Assembly (NCBI GenBank): GCA_905178155.1
Contig: CAJINV010000012.1
Location: 1,050,004 to 1,114,003 of the forward strand
Reading direction: 5' to 3'
Origin: Amoebophrya sp. A120
Taxonomy: Eukaryota > Protista > Dinoflagellata
Length of the DNA: 64,000 bases
Both the position numbers and the translations under genes were made by a program. The notes under the pieces were generated by a model that was not told the DNA's origin, did no database searches, and saw nothing but the letters and a program-made list of their open reading frames with translations. This document shows, one piece after another, positions 1-14,000 of the stretch (its first letter is position 1; every line of letters begins with the position of its first letter).

Positions 1-81
1 AGCGTTTCCCTTTCACTTTTGCCATTCTTGCATTACAAATTTCATGTAACAGTTGAGAATGTAACGTTTGAGAACGCTATA
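1..81. mobile_element. Introner family H, truncated by window start
   Basis: Ends GTTGAGAATGTAACGTTTGAGAACGCTATA, matching the TIR of 13921-14160. Confidence 0.85.
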
Positions 82-3024
82 TCGAAGGAGACGACTTTGT
101 AGCTCAAATCCCGCAAGTACTCGTTTGATTTCTTGACTTGCTCCGTCTCCTTCTCGATCCACTTCGACCTGTTTTCCTTCCCCACCTTGTACCGGATAAA
201 CGCGCCCTTGTTTTTCATTTGGTCGCAGTAGTTCGGCGCGGAAAAGATGGTGCACAGCTTTCCGTTGTGCTCGAGCTCGTACCTGGGGTTGCATTTGTTT
301 ATTTCCCAATAAAAAAAAACAGTTATGCATCCATTTTCTTTGTGCGACAACATGAGGCATTAAAAGTCAACATCTTAAATTTCTTATCTATATACCCCTC
401 ATCCTTCATTTCGTGACTTCTGACCACCATGCTGAGGTCATTCGTCTTCAGAAAATTGTCCGTTACGTCGTGGCCGAATGCCACTCCTACCCCGCGTTTA
501 CTGGGATATCTACCGGGAAGCGGGCCGGGATCCGACCAGAGCATTTCCACTATTCTGCCACTGTCTGGGGGCTCGCCGATTCTGATATAGAAAAGCGTTT
601 TGTCGACTACATGCGGAATTTATTATATATCAGGATCATAACCATAAGCGCGTGCGGTTACAAGTAACTACTTTGAAGATGAAGATGCAGAACCTGTGAC
701 GATGGTTGTCTACGATTCAAATTCGTGGCTACTACCATGCGCACACCTTAAGTCCTCGTCAGCAACAGCATAGTCTTCACCTTCAGAGAGTATTCTTATA
801 CCTGTCCTCTTTCTCCAGATCTTCGATAGTGACGTTGTCTGCGGAGAACAAGCCGCCATGAACGATGAAGATTTCCTTGTTCAGGACGTGGCAGAGCGGC
901 AAGTAGCAAAACGTCTCGCAGAACAGGTTGTAGAGCTGCACGTCAAATTTGTTTCTGGTTTCCCCCTCAAACCCGTACAGCTTGTTCATGTTCCGCGTCT
1001 CGTGGTTGCCGCGGGCCAGGTGAACCTGTGATAATACACATCGCAATATTAGTATGAATTGCATTGCAAATTTCCTCATCATGACGAGAAATGGAATCTG
1101 TAATGCTGATTTTAGGAAAAAGATTTGTAATGCACAATTGCAAAAAAAAACAGCTGCTACGCACAAATCTCTTTTACCTTATCCGGGTAGCACAGTTTCC
1201 AGGCGAAGAGGGCGAGTATGACTTCTATCGAAAAGGACCCTCGATCCACGAAGTCACCGTTGAAGAGGTACGGGTTGGTTTCTGACGGGAATCCGTTCAG
1301 GGAGAAGATGTTCAGCAGATCATAATACTGCCCGTGCACATCCCCACACACCGTGAACTCGTCTTCCGCTTCCAGTTTCTGCACGGTCGTGTGCGTTTTT
1401 AGTAATTTCAGCACGTCCAGGACCATTTGGTAGGCGGATTTTTTGTGGATCACCTTCTGTTCCTTCATGTAATCCAGGAACGTTACGACCCAGTCGGAGG
1501 TAATTTGGTCCTTGCCCGGGTAGTATCAAATGCAAATATGTTTGGGTCTGGAAGATTGTCATGCTAGTCCGACATGACTCTGCGATCTGTATTGCCTGGC
1601 CACAAGCAGCCCCTCTTGTCTGTCATGCAAAAACGCAGTTTCTCATGCGTAATACGCAGCACAGAAGCACGATAATACTTGTCATGCTTGGCGGCGCATT
1701 ACAGTGCACTTGCTGTTCACTGACTTGCATCACAACTCTCCAGACCCAGACATATTTGCAATGCATAGGTAGATGGGCCCCTTGTAGGTATCCTCGATCT
1801 CGAGGTCTGAAGGTAGAAATTTTTGGGTGAGGGTGTGCGTAGAAGCGCACGATTACATTCACATCGTGTACTTACTTATCAGAAGACGAAACGGTAAAAT
1901 TTATCATTCAGGGTAGCTACTCGCAACCAACTGAGATGTAGCAAAAATCGAGCAATAGCTCTAATGTAAAAAATACTTTGCACGAATTTCTCGCAGAGTT
2001 CGCTTATTGGCGCAGTGCCCTCCGTTGCTATCGCTGCCGCGAATTTCTGCTGCTGAACCGCCTTTTCGCACTCCTTCAGTTTCAGTTTTGCGTCCTTGTC
2101 GGCCGGGGCAAGTCGGACCAGAGATTTGAAGGCTTTCATTGCGTCCTTGTATTTCAGCAACGCAAATCGCGCACACCCGAGACGGTAATAGGATTTACTG
2201 TAGGCCGGGTCGACCTGATAATACGGCGGTTGCGTTTCATATCATACCGCATAGCATCAAGAAGCGTACCTACGACTTAAATTTGTATCGTGTACTCAAG
2301 CGCCATTTTTGTTTGGCTTTCAAATCCCTCATGTCGTGCATGTGCTTGTTATGAGAGGACAAAAAACTGGTAATTATACCTCCACCGCCCGTTCCGCGTC
2401 GATAATTGCGGACCCGAAATTTTCCATTTTTATGTGACAGAACGCGCGATTGGAGTAACATATGGCCATATCCCGGGCGACCTTCCGCGATGTTTCGTTA
2501 TCCACGTTTCTTATTTCCGTCACGGTCGTCTTCGGTTTTGTCGACACCACGCCCTCCATCGGCGCGACGCCGTTCGTGTTGGCGCCCGTTGTCGCATTGG
2601 CTACTGCTGCAGCAACGGCTGCATGGTCAACGGCGTCATTCGATGTAGCTGGTTCTCCATTTGCAGTAGTTGCAGCTTCTCCATGAAGATCTGCAGCAGT
2701 TGTAGTTCCGTCTGTTGTGCTGCATTCTGACACGACGTCAGATTTATTATTTCCGCTGCTCCCTCCTCCCGGACTTATTTCCTCCTCCTCCTCTACGCCC
2801 TTTTCTTCTATTGTCGAATGGCACTCGATTACGTCCTCAAAGTGGTCTATCGCGTTGGTATAGTGGGTGGTGGCCTTTTTGTAATCCCCCGCCTTGAAGC
2901 TGTCATTTCCGTCCTGTTTCGACCCGAGCGCTTGGTCGATGAGACCCTGCACGTACTTCGCATTGTCGTTGGAGTTCGCGGACTGACCGACCGGAAGTTC
3001 CTGCACATCGCAGGGAACGGCCAT
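82..3024 (-). CDS. PPP5C: Serine/threonine protein phosphatase 5 (TPR + PPP catalytic domain), multi-exon, 3' end runs off the window
   Basis: TPR segments ([45 protein letters not shown]) followed by PPP motifs GDVHGQ, GDFVDRG, RGNHE, HGG, RSHE, SAPNYC. Several GT-AG introns plus TIR introns at 1524-1767 and <1-81. Confidence 0.95.
1026..1177 (-). other. GT-AG intron of PP5 derived from a decayed family B introner
   Basis: AAG|GTAAAAG...CACAG|GTT joins YPDK|VHLARGNHE. Interior aligns by eye to the family B core; TIRs are lost. Confidence 0.75.
1524..1767. mobile_element. Introner family A
   Basis: TIR TATCAAATGCAAATATGTTTGGGTCTGGA; DR GGTAG/GGTAG; removal gives [15 protein letters not shown]. 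Confidence 0.93.
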
Positions 3025-5026
3025 ATTGTCACGACGTTGTGCTGGTCCCAGCTGTCAGACTACACAAAGTCTGCGCTGTGTTGGGCGGTGGGATAAAGAT
3101 GAAGATGAAGGTCGTGCGACAAAAATTTAACTATAAACGGTGGTCCTTGCTGTATTTCTTGTGCAAGGAAATAAACGACCGCAGGGCGAGGAGACGCGAT
3201 TTATTATGACCTGCTATTCCTATTTGGCGAAACAATATCTACGGCAAAAATACATGGGAAGAATGTTGAAAAAAATCTCCTACGGGCGGTCAGAAAGGGT
3301 TTTTGAAGAATGCGAATAGATACCTCTGTTCCAGCTACCACAGATTTAAAAAGATGCTTGTGTAGTAGATGTGGTAGTTCTCGGAGATCTTTATTGCTCG
3401 AACGATCAATGAATAGGACGAATCAGAAATAAGGGTTTTTGAATACCTCTCTTCCACTTCCAGTTACCAGAGGTATAAAAAGCTATTCTTGGTAAGAAAT
3501 ATGGAGATCTTTGTTCATTACTCGATCAAGAATACAGCGGATGAAGATTGTTTGACATGATAAATAAATTACCCTGCAAAATGAAAAGAAAGTTGGTGTG
3601 CGAGCAAAACCAAAAGATGAAAAGCTCGAAAAATGTTTATGAAAGAGGAAACGAGGTGCTCAGGGTCAAGAACATCAATCCGAAAAATCTACAAGAAACA
3701 CACCAAACTCAACATTTTGACAATTTTCGTAAAAGTTGTATAATCCGCCTGATTATAAGAAAGCAGGGGCCCTGAAAGCAAGGTAGGTGAAGTTCTTCAT
3801 GCGTCGTGATGAAATAGAAATAGAAATTCTTTGAAAATTGAGAAAAACTGCGGATCATGATCGCGAGGAACGAGCCTCTGGTCGATCTGAATTTGATAGA
3901 GACGTCGATCTGAAGATATTATGTTTATGGACAGAGCCTCAACATGCGTCGTTCTGTGTGATCGTCATTGGTCAGGTCGCTATGTTCATCAGATTCAGCT
4001 TGGTTCTTTCGCGGATGATCTCCGATAGTATTCCTGCCTGGTGGAAAGTAGATCCGCCGTGGTCCTCGTGGAGGTCCTTTGAAAAATAACAGTCGCTGCA
4101 TCTAGTACAGAGGAGCCGTGAAGATCTCGTACGACGTTCAAATTTTGACGTAGCTTCGTGATGTTACTGCCCTTGTCATGATGAAAATTTGCGGACGAGG
4201 AGCTAGTATTTTCATCCTTACAGAGAAAGAACAAGAGGAAAGAGCGCGGCCAATGCTGCGGAAGCTTTTCTTCCATGTGGTCATGAATTATTTTCTTCTT
4301 AGTCTAGCTACTACCGTTGCCATTCATTTTCGCATGTTTCTAATCTACTATTGATATCGCCATTCATTCCCATACGATGTTGGAAGACAGCACTTTGCTT
4401 ATCCTGTCCTTCATCCTTGTCCTTAGTGTGCTTATTTGTTAGCTTATGACTGATAGTTTGCCTTTAGTTACAACCGTGATGAAAAAAAATTTCGTTCTCC
4501 GCTTCTTGCAGATATTATCGTATTTCGATTCTCGCTAAATTTTGTGATACTACAACATAAGCAGCTTCGAAGATGAAAAAAGTTCACTAATTTTCTTCAA
4601 GTTTGTTTCCTATCCAGATTTTATTTCCGGGCCAAGAGCCTCACGTTTTAAACGTGAGCCTCTGGTCGTGCTGAACAATTGTATACATGATCTACAACTA
4701 CCTCTTAACGACCTCATTCTTGTCGTGACCATCATCTCAGGCCGACGAACAGACGGTCGCTATATGAAATTCTTGTTATTGTCTCTTGTACAACCACTAA
4801 TCATATCCTGGTGAAAATAGATGCAGCTTGACCTGCAATTTGTCTACTTGGTGCAACAGGAGCACCAGCGCCACCTCGTAACATGCGCGTGAAAAAGGCT
4901 GGGCCGCATGGTTGTATGTTGTCCAGTTGTGGATGTTGTCATGTTGCCTCAACATCGACAACTCCACCTAGTCCCAGATCGACTACGACTATCCCACGAC
5001 GACCCCTGACGTATCAAATACTCAAT

Positions 5027-8000
5027 CTAGATCGTCCGGAGATACGCCTTCAGGTTCACATAGATCTCCTGCGTTGGACTCCCTCCTTTCGGCACAAAGC
5101 CGCCGGTATGAACTGCAAAGGTATCGCACTCGTATAAATGCAATACAAATTTCCTGAGCACGAGAAACAGAATTTGTAATGCGGATTTCCCTTATGAACA
5201 AAAATGGTAATGCATGATTGCATGCAATACGAGTACGATACTTTTGCACAGGATAGCCCGACAGCGTGATTTTTGCCCGCGTCCGCGTCCACTGCCCGAT
5301 GCCGGCCAGCAAGGAAAGTTCCATCTATCGCTGGAAAAAAGTGTTACAGTATACACATTTTTAGTCGATTCAGCAACACAAATTTCTCTGCATGAGAGAG
5401 AAAACTTGTAATGCAGAAATCCGGCGGGAAAACACCTATGAAACGAGGCTCCTATGCATATCCGGCATGACAGAGCATGTCTGTCTTGCTTGGCCTGCAA
5501 CACAATGTGTAACTGTAACACTTTTTTCTCAGGATACCATCCCGCCTATCGTTATTGGCGTGTCCGCGGGACGAAGGTAGGTGAAGGGGATGCGTTTTTC
5601 TGGTGTTTTTGGTGAGGATTTTTTTCCTATCCACGCGAAATTTTTGAAATCTTAATCTAGTCGATATGTCAGAAACTACAAAAACAAGATGTTGTATCCA
5701 TGTAGAAGTACGTTGCCCCGCCGGTATGGTTCCTTTCGCTTCCCCACACTGGAAATACTTCGGATCTTCGATGGTAATTTCGAAATTTCCCGCACTGCAC
5801 ACCTTCGGATCCGTATCCCACAAAAAAACTGTTTCACTGTGATGATTTTGCAAGATCTGCATCACAAGTTTGTTACACATGACTCTGAAAATTTATTGTC
5901 ATGCACGCTTCCCAAGGGAAAACACGCTGGAAGATCCAATGCCTTGCATGTGTAGCAAGACAAATAGTTTTGTGTTCCATTTTCTGCATCACAGGTTCAC
6001 AGTGAAACAGTTTTTTCTTGCGATAATCCGGTGCGGTCGTCGGCGTGGCGCAGCACCCAAAAATCAGGTACTGGGTCAATTCCGTCGCAGACTCCTCAAA
6101 GGTTAAGTCGAATTGTTTTCTCTGTGGGTTCGGAAAATCCGGCTCGTTCTTTTGTAAATCGGTCTCAGCAAACCGTTATGAATAGCAAATTATATGTCTG
6201 GGTCTAATAGAGTGCGCCTGTTTGTCATGCATCTTTCGGATTTAACGCAGATGGTCTGGAATGCACGCAAAAGCATGACAGGTTTCACGCGCACCCCGTG
6301 AAGAGGTCTTGGCGCAGCTCTTGCAACACAAATTTTTGCGTGATCGAGATTTCGCATGACAAGTTGCAACCTCTTGTCCTAAACCCAGACTAGTACGCAT
6401 TTGCAATCCATAGCCGCTGCTGATTCAGCCCGTCTTCTATGAACTGCAAAAGTATCGTACTCGTATAAATGCATTACAAATTTTCTCAGCATGAGAAATA
6501 AAATTTGTAATGCCGATTTGCCTTGACAAAGAAATTTGTAATGCAAGACCTGCATTTATACGAGTATGATACTGTTGCACAGCATATCTTCGAACTGGCT
6601 CGGCGCCGTCATGTTAGACGGAAGTTGCTCGACGGTTAGGTCTATGCACTGCAAAAATGTCTGGGTCTGGAGAAAACTTGTAATGCTAGCTCTACATTCC
6701 TGGGCAATCTGTATTGCATAACCAACAAACGTCGCAGCCTCTTTCGTCATGCAAAAACGCAGTTTGTCATGCGGATTGCCTATGAGAAAGCGTTTTGGGA
6801 AGTTGTCATGCTGGGCTGCATTCGGAAGCGTTTTCATCATGGACATTTTAGCATCACAAGTTTCCAGACCCAGGACACATTTGCACTTGATAAGATCGTA
6901 AATCACATACATCTGGTAGAGAAAGGAATGCCCGTAAAGGTAGACGTAGGTCGGAAAGTCCTGATTTGGGACGAAGACATACTGCTTTTCCAAAAACAGC
7001 TCCGACGGCCGGTGCGGGCGAAATTTCGCTTCTACCTGCAGCTCCGTGTCGGGCGCGTCGTCGGTAGCTGTGTAAAGATTGTTCGTGGAAGATGATGTTG
7101 GAAATTGTACTGCACGAAACAGTGACTCCATCTCCACCCATGGTCAGAAAAGCATAATCATAGACCCCGCGCATGTACAAGAGGTAAGCTGCAATGATCA
7201 AGAATTGTGCACGTCTCATCAAAAACAGTACCTTTCCCCGCGATCTTTCCCTTCATGGGCTCCAGCATGAATGCCGGCGCGCCTTATTGCAATGAAAAAT
7301 GCCCCCATCCCGGAATTTGCAAAAGTTTCTCATGCAAAGTTTCCACGTGAAAGCTTTCTGTCTTGCATGAAAGGACTGCGAGCCTTTCTGATGGTACACA
7401 ATTTAGGTGCACAAGGTGTTTTTTGCATAACAGATCCGGCTGCTGTTGGGCTCCCCTGCAGCACAAATTTGTGCTATTCAGCATGGAAAACGAAAATTTG
7501 TGATGCTGATCTATGCAAGACAGGGAATGTTTCCATTGCAGCGGTTTGCAATACAAATGGCGATAAGTTTCTGGGGTGGGGGCATTTTTTATTGTAGTAT
7601 GCCCTGGAAGTTATCGACGAAGTTTTGTGACACTTTTGAAATGCTGTACTCGAGTAAGAACCTATCGGAAGAAAAAAGTGTTACAGTTACACATTGCGTC
7701 GCAGGCCAAGCAAGACAGATAAGCTCTGTCATGCCGGATATGCATGGGAACTCTGTTTCGCAGGTGTTTTCCCGTAGCCGTAGGATTTCTGCATTACAAG
7801 TTTTCTCTCCCATCCAGAGAAATTTGTGTTGCTGAATTGACTACAAATGTGTAACTGTAACACTTTTTTCGTGGGATAGAACCTCGTCGTGTTGAAGAAG
7901 GAAATTTTCTCCGATACGCAGCTGTCCGTGTGGTGCACCGCGCCAGGGAAGTGGATGTATTGGTTCTTCAAATATAGCCTCGGCGTCACCCCGTACCCCT

Positions 8001-11000
8001 TCAGCGGTATCCGTATTCTGGTTTCTTCCGTGTGGAGGTTTAAAACAGTCTGGTACAACTGCGCGGCTTGCGGGTTGAACTCAATCACGATCTGAAACTG
8101 CTTTTCCTTCTTCACAAACCGATTGTAGCACGCGTTTAGCACGGTAAAACACTGGGTTTCCGGCAGTGGCTTCGTCATGTGGATTTCCTGAATCGCGTCG
8201 ACTTTACACCGGACTGTAACGTGGATCAGCTTCCGCTCAAAAACGGTGACCTCCCCGAAGTCGCAGTTAGAAGGAGTTGGAACTAGTACTGAAGGCACGG
8301 TTGTCGTTTTCACCGCGATGGAAATCTGGTCGCACTTTTCATCCGGCAGATACACCCGCTTCGCGTCCACCTCCACGACTGGCCGGACCAATATCGGGAT
8401 TATCAAATGTAAATATGTCTGGGTCTGGAAGGTGTCAACTTGTCATGGTAAATCTGAAGCATGCAAAAATCTGTGTTGCATGAGTGCCAAAAGCTGTCCA
8501 CTTTTGACCAAGTTGGAAGGGTGTTCATCATGCAGGATAGGCATGGCAGAGACCTCGCAGAGTCTGTCATGCTAAGTCACGCATACCAGACCTCATGGGT
8601 CATGGAAAATCTGCGCGACAAGTTTACACTCTTCCAGACCCAGACACTTTTACAGTTGATAGGGATCTTCCACAGACAATGCTGGCTGTCTATCATCTCC
8701 AACGAAACCGCCTGCTGTTTCTGCAAAATTTCCTGTCCCGTGTCGTTTCTCCGTCTGTGCTCCCATCTTCTCCCCCCGTTGGTGTTGATTAGCTCCACAA
8801 TTTCCGATTTGGTTTTCTCCCGAATTTCTTGCTCAGTAAACGTGATCTTCTCCTTCGTTTCCTCATCGTGTTGCGTTTTCGAGGGGGAGGTGTCCCCTGC
8901 AGCATCTGTTGCCGGTTCGAGATCTGAAATCCCGTTCGCCACCTCATCCTATGCATTGCAAAAGTATCGTACTAGTATAAATCGCATGACAAATTCCCTC
9001 CGCATGAGAAATAAAATTTGTAATGCGGATGTACCTTGAGAATGAGATTTGTAATGCATGACTGCGATTACTACGAGTACGATGCTTTTGCACAGGATAC
9101 TTCCGCCAGCTCGTCCATGTCCTGTTCGCAATTCCGCAGCATCTATGACAGTGCACAACTCCCCTGCTCCCCTCCTTTGTATTGCATGAACGGCAAGACA
9201 AGCAAAAGCAACAATGCCGATTTTGCATGACAAATTTACACTGGAGTGTAGTGCTATTTGGGCTTCATCCGGAATTTGTCATGGAAACAGTGCCACAAGG
9301 CACAGTGACTGGATTTGGGATTTTGCATGAGAAAGGAGCGGAAGGGAAAGTTGTGCACTATCGTAGCATCTTCGAATAGACCAGGTTCGGTTTGAATTCG
9401 ATCTGCACCCTCGTCTTCTCCCCCGGTTTTAGTTCCTTGCACACCGGGCAGATCCACAACCGCGCCAAATACTTCGGAGGCTGGAGAACCGATATCTCAA
9501 ACGATTTGTTTTTCGTCACATTTGTGATCTCAAACGACTCCTTGCCCTGCGCCCCGACCGCGATCGCCGGGAATTTCAAGAAGTTCTGCGACAGATATCC
9601 TAAGTAAAAACGCCCCCATCCCAGTGCTGTCCTGCAAATCTGCATGCCAGAAAAGTTTCTCATGCGAAGCCCCATGAGAAGAGTTTTCTAGTCGCGTTGT
9701 GAAACGTGTGATGCTATGAGCAGTGCGATAAGCTAGATCTGCGATGCTGCTGAGCAAGCTAATAAGGATGACACTACGGTGGCAGACCTGTCACGCGAAG
9801 CCACCAAAGCTGGTGGATTTGCCTAGCAGATTCCCCATCTTGACTCTGGTGTCGTGGAGAGGTTTTTACTCAGGATAACAGTTCTAGTTTCACCATCTTC
9901 CCCTGCCCAGTCACCGGAATCTGGAAATTCCTCCCGCACAGATTCCCAGTCTGCGTGTGTATTTGCAGTGCAGTTTTCATCTCCGTTGCACTGGTGGGCT
10001 GGTAAATGCAGGTCAGCGGGACGGTTTCGTCTGGAAGTATCTGCGTCAAAAACCCGTTCCCGCCGTGTTCCGTCACTGCGGACTTCTTGCTGTCCACACC
10101 ATATTTCTCCTCCTGGTCCCGGGCGTCCTTCGCCATATTCGTTATCGACAGGTAGTTCGGGAGATTCGCGAAACAGACGTTCTGCGGCAACTTGCTGTGG
10201 TTGGTCAGCTTCAGCGATTTGTAGCGCGCCCCGTCCACGTAGCAGTTTCCGAAGTCCAAATTTTCTGGCTCGAACGTAATATCGTTCTGTGTTAAATTTC
10301 CCGTCACACAGGTAAAGACGGGTAACACCTGGTCCGCACCCACCACTTTTACCGGTATTTTGAACGCCGCGGGCCCGTAGATGGTTTCGTCCCGTTTATA
10401 CTGCGGGTTTCTCTCCAGAAAATCGCGTTGCAAAACCAGTTTAAACTGGATCGCCTGCTCTCCTAAGCCCTGGACAAACGCGGTCGTCGGGTTGATCTGG
10501 ATTTCGTTCTCCTTCAGCCTCTATGGATTGCAAATATGTCTGGAAGATGTGTGGAAGAGTTGGCAACTTGTCATGCTAAATCTGAATGATGCAAAAATCT
10601 CTGTTGCATGAGTGCCAAATGCTGTCGTCCATTTTCGACCAAGTTGGAAGGGGGTTTCTCGTGCAGGATACTAGGCATGACAGACTAGGACCTCGCAGTA
10701 GAGTCTGTCACGCTAGGTCCCGCATTCCAGATCTCAATCTCATGGGTCATGGAAAACCTGCATGACAAGTTTACACTCTTCCAGACATCCAGGGTGGATA
10801 TTTGCAGTTGATAGTCTCGGGTCGTTCAACGCTGGCCGTTCCACTTTTATTTTCATTGCTATGCTGTGCCAAAGTATCGCACTCGTAGTAATTCCAGTCA
10901 TTAGTTTTTTTCTCAAGGTAAATCCGCATTACAAATTTCATTTCTCATGCTGAAGGAATTTGTCATGCATCTGTACGAGTACGATACTTTTGCAAAGCAT

Positions 11001-14000
11001 AATGGCCACCTGCGACCGGTTCTTCAAAACGATCAATTCTCGAAAGGTGTGCTCGAAGAGAATGGTGTGGAGGTTATAAATCTCTCTTTCCACGTAGATC
11101 GGCACATCGACGCACTTGCCGACGCATTTCAGGAAGTAGGTTTTCTTAAACCGCGCGTCCCCGGGCGCCTTGTTGTCCACCTCGATGACAAATTTGCAGG
11201 AAAATTCCCCCAAGTGCTTGGGTGTGAAAACGAACTCGATTTTGCTGTTCCCGCGACCGACGAAATTCCCCTCGGCCTGGAACGCGAGCTGCTCCGGGAG
11301 TGGGACGGGCTTTCTATTCGTGGAGGAAGAAGATGCAGCGTTCGTTTCCAGTTTAGTCGTCGCAGCAGCTGTCCCCTGCGAGGAGTCTAGTAACCCCTCT
11401 GTGCCTCCTTCCTGTGGATTTGTTGTTTCTGCTCCTGCAGCTTCCGTATCGTCTGCTCCCTCTCCCTTCTCTTCCGCCGCACCGTCTGCAGAAGTAGGGT
11501 CATCTGCTTGTATTGCTACTTCCGATGCTAAAGGTCCGCAATCGCCACTGCCCTCGCTTTCCTCCTGCGGTCTCAACGTTTTCCACGTATGCAATGCAAA
11601 TATGTGTTGGTCTGGAAGAGTGCAACGTTCGCCATGCACATTTTGCATGACCCATGATGTCGATTTTGCATGCCGTAGCATCACAGATTTTGTGAGGGCT
11701 CGCTCTATGAAGCCCATACCGCATGAGAAATGCTGCCCTCTCCGCGTAGCATAAACTGCACCCCTTTTGGTGTTCGTGCAATACAGATTTCATGTAGGAT
11801 CCAAAGCCCGCATCACAAGTTTCACTCTTCCAGACCCGGACGACATATTTGCATTTGATACCACGGGTCTGACGTCAGCATTCGGGTCGTCCGAAACTCG
11901 TTTTTCCGGTCCAATGGTGGTTTTGGTTCGTCTTCTATCACCGACTCCCGTATGGAATACCCCGCTGGCAAGGCCCCGTAGTTCACGATGGTGACCTGTT
12001 TCGTGGACTATCCAAGAAAAAAACTGTGTTAGTGTAGGTCTTTTGGACAAACAGCATCACAAGTTTGCCTGCCATGACAGGAAAAACTTGTCATGCGCAG
12101 ATAGGACGGGAAAACACGTCGGAAGCGAGCCTATCATGCATGTGGAGCATGACAAGTCTGAACAGTTTTGCATTTTCTGTATCACAGATTTACACTCACG
12201 TAGTTTTTTTCTTGGATATGGACCACTCACCGAATACCACAGAACCGAAGTCGATTATCGAAGGAAAAAACTGTTTCACTGTAAAGTTGTAATGCAGAGA
12301 ATGCATTTCGCAAGTGTTTGTCTTGCTACACATGCAAGACAGTGGGTTTTTACCTGTGTTTTCCCTTAGGAATCTTGCATAGCAAATTTTCTCTGTCGTG
12401 TAGAACGAACTTGTGATGCAAAACCTGCAAAATCCTTACAGTGAAACACTTTTTTCTCACGATATCGATAAAGAGATTCTCTGACGGGTCTTTGTAGTAG
12501 TTCTCGTCCCTTTGTTCTGGCGGCACCGCCGGATCTGGGGGCATTTTCTTTGGGATCTTCTGTTTTGTCTTCGCGGCTTTTTTCAACAACATTTTCTCCT
12601 CCTCGGTTAGTTCCTTGGGCTCTAAATCCAACACCGTTTTCTTCGTCAAACACATCACCGGAAAGTCTATTCTGCCCGTTTTCGCCAAGATTGGGAAGGT
12701 GGTCCAAATGTCCTTGTACAATTTCGGGGCGAACTTCAGCTGGATCTTGCAACTCACCCCGGCGGACATCCGGCCCGGAGGGTCGAACCCAATCTCGAAG
12801 AAGTCCAGGATTTTGTCGTCCATCGGCAATAGTTTAAACTGATTAAACGTCAAGGAAACATTCGTCACCTCGATCGTCTGCTTATACGTGGAATTCGCTT
12901 CGAAGTCCAGGTACTCGATGATTTTTGGACTGGGAATGAAGGCCTGTCCCTTGAACACCTTGCCCCAGCAGTGCTGCTCTTGCCCTAAATCGATGAAGTC
13001 GCGGTGTTCCTGCTTCGCCTTCACCAACATTTTCTCTTCCAAAACCGTCCTGCTGGGCATCCACAATTTCCCGTCTTCCCGCTTTTTCGGCGTCGCCTGC
13101 CCGTCCGCCGCGGCACTGTCCTCTAGAAACCCCATGCCGTCATCTGCTTTCGCCGCGTCCTCTGCGTCCCAGTAGGCCACCCGCTTTTGCTGAAAAGCCA
13201 GTTTCTCCTCGACCGCGGCCAGCTCCTCCGGGGGCGCTTGGCCGAGCCCGAAGCCGCCGGACTTGAAGGCGGTCAGCTTGGACGGGTCGATGCGCATCGC
13301 GTTCCCGGTGGCGTCAAGGATCTCTACGTGGTTCAGAGTCATATCCTGAGCAAAAACGTACCCACCCATGCGTCTTCAAGATGGGCAACCTGCTAGACAA
13401 ATCAGCCAGCTTTGGTTGTTGCGCATGATAAGTTTGGCCTCGTAGTCTTGTAATCCTGTTTAGCTTGTTCAACAGCATCGCAGATCTGGCATATTATGCT
13501 GATTGGAGCATTGCAAATTGTTCCAAAGCACGACTATAAAATGCCTCTCATGCGGCTCCAGATGACAAACATTTTGCGCATGCAGATCTGCATGACAACT
13601 ATGGGGTGAAGACGTTTTTACATACGATACGTCACCTTTTTTATGTAGTCGCGGATCTTCACATCCTTGGACTGCCCGGCCATCTCTCTGTTTTTTTATG
13701 TGGAAAAACTACATCAATTAATATGGAATCTGTGATGCATATCCTCGTCGATCAGGATCATTACAAGTTCCCATGAATGATTGCATCACCAAGCTCAAGC
13801 CAGCCTAGAAGCGTGACAAAGATTGAAAGGTGGAAGACAAAGATCTTTGACTCTACTTCTGTATTATAATAGTACCGTTGATAAGCGATTTCGAATTCCT
13901 TTCGTCTCCTATGTTCCGCTTATGGCGTTCTCAAACGTTACATTCTCAACTAAAACGTGAATTTGTCATGCAAAAGTACCTTAAGCCAACAGATGATCGA

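Noticed and set aside
3290-3530. Diverged ~120-bp tandem duplication upstream of PP5 (AAGGGTTTTTGAA...ATACCTCT...GGAGATCTTT)
   Set aside because: Real but ordinary local duplication with no evidence of function.
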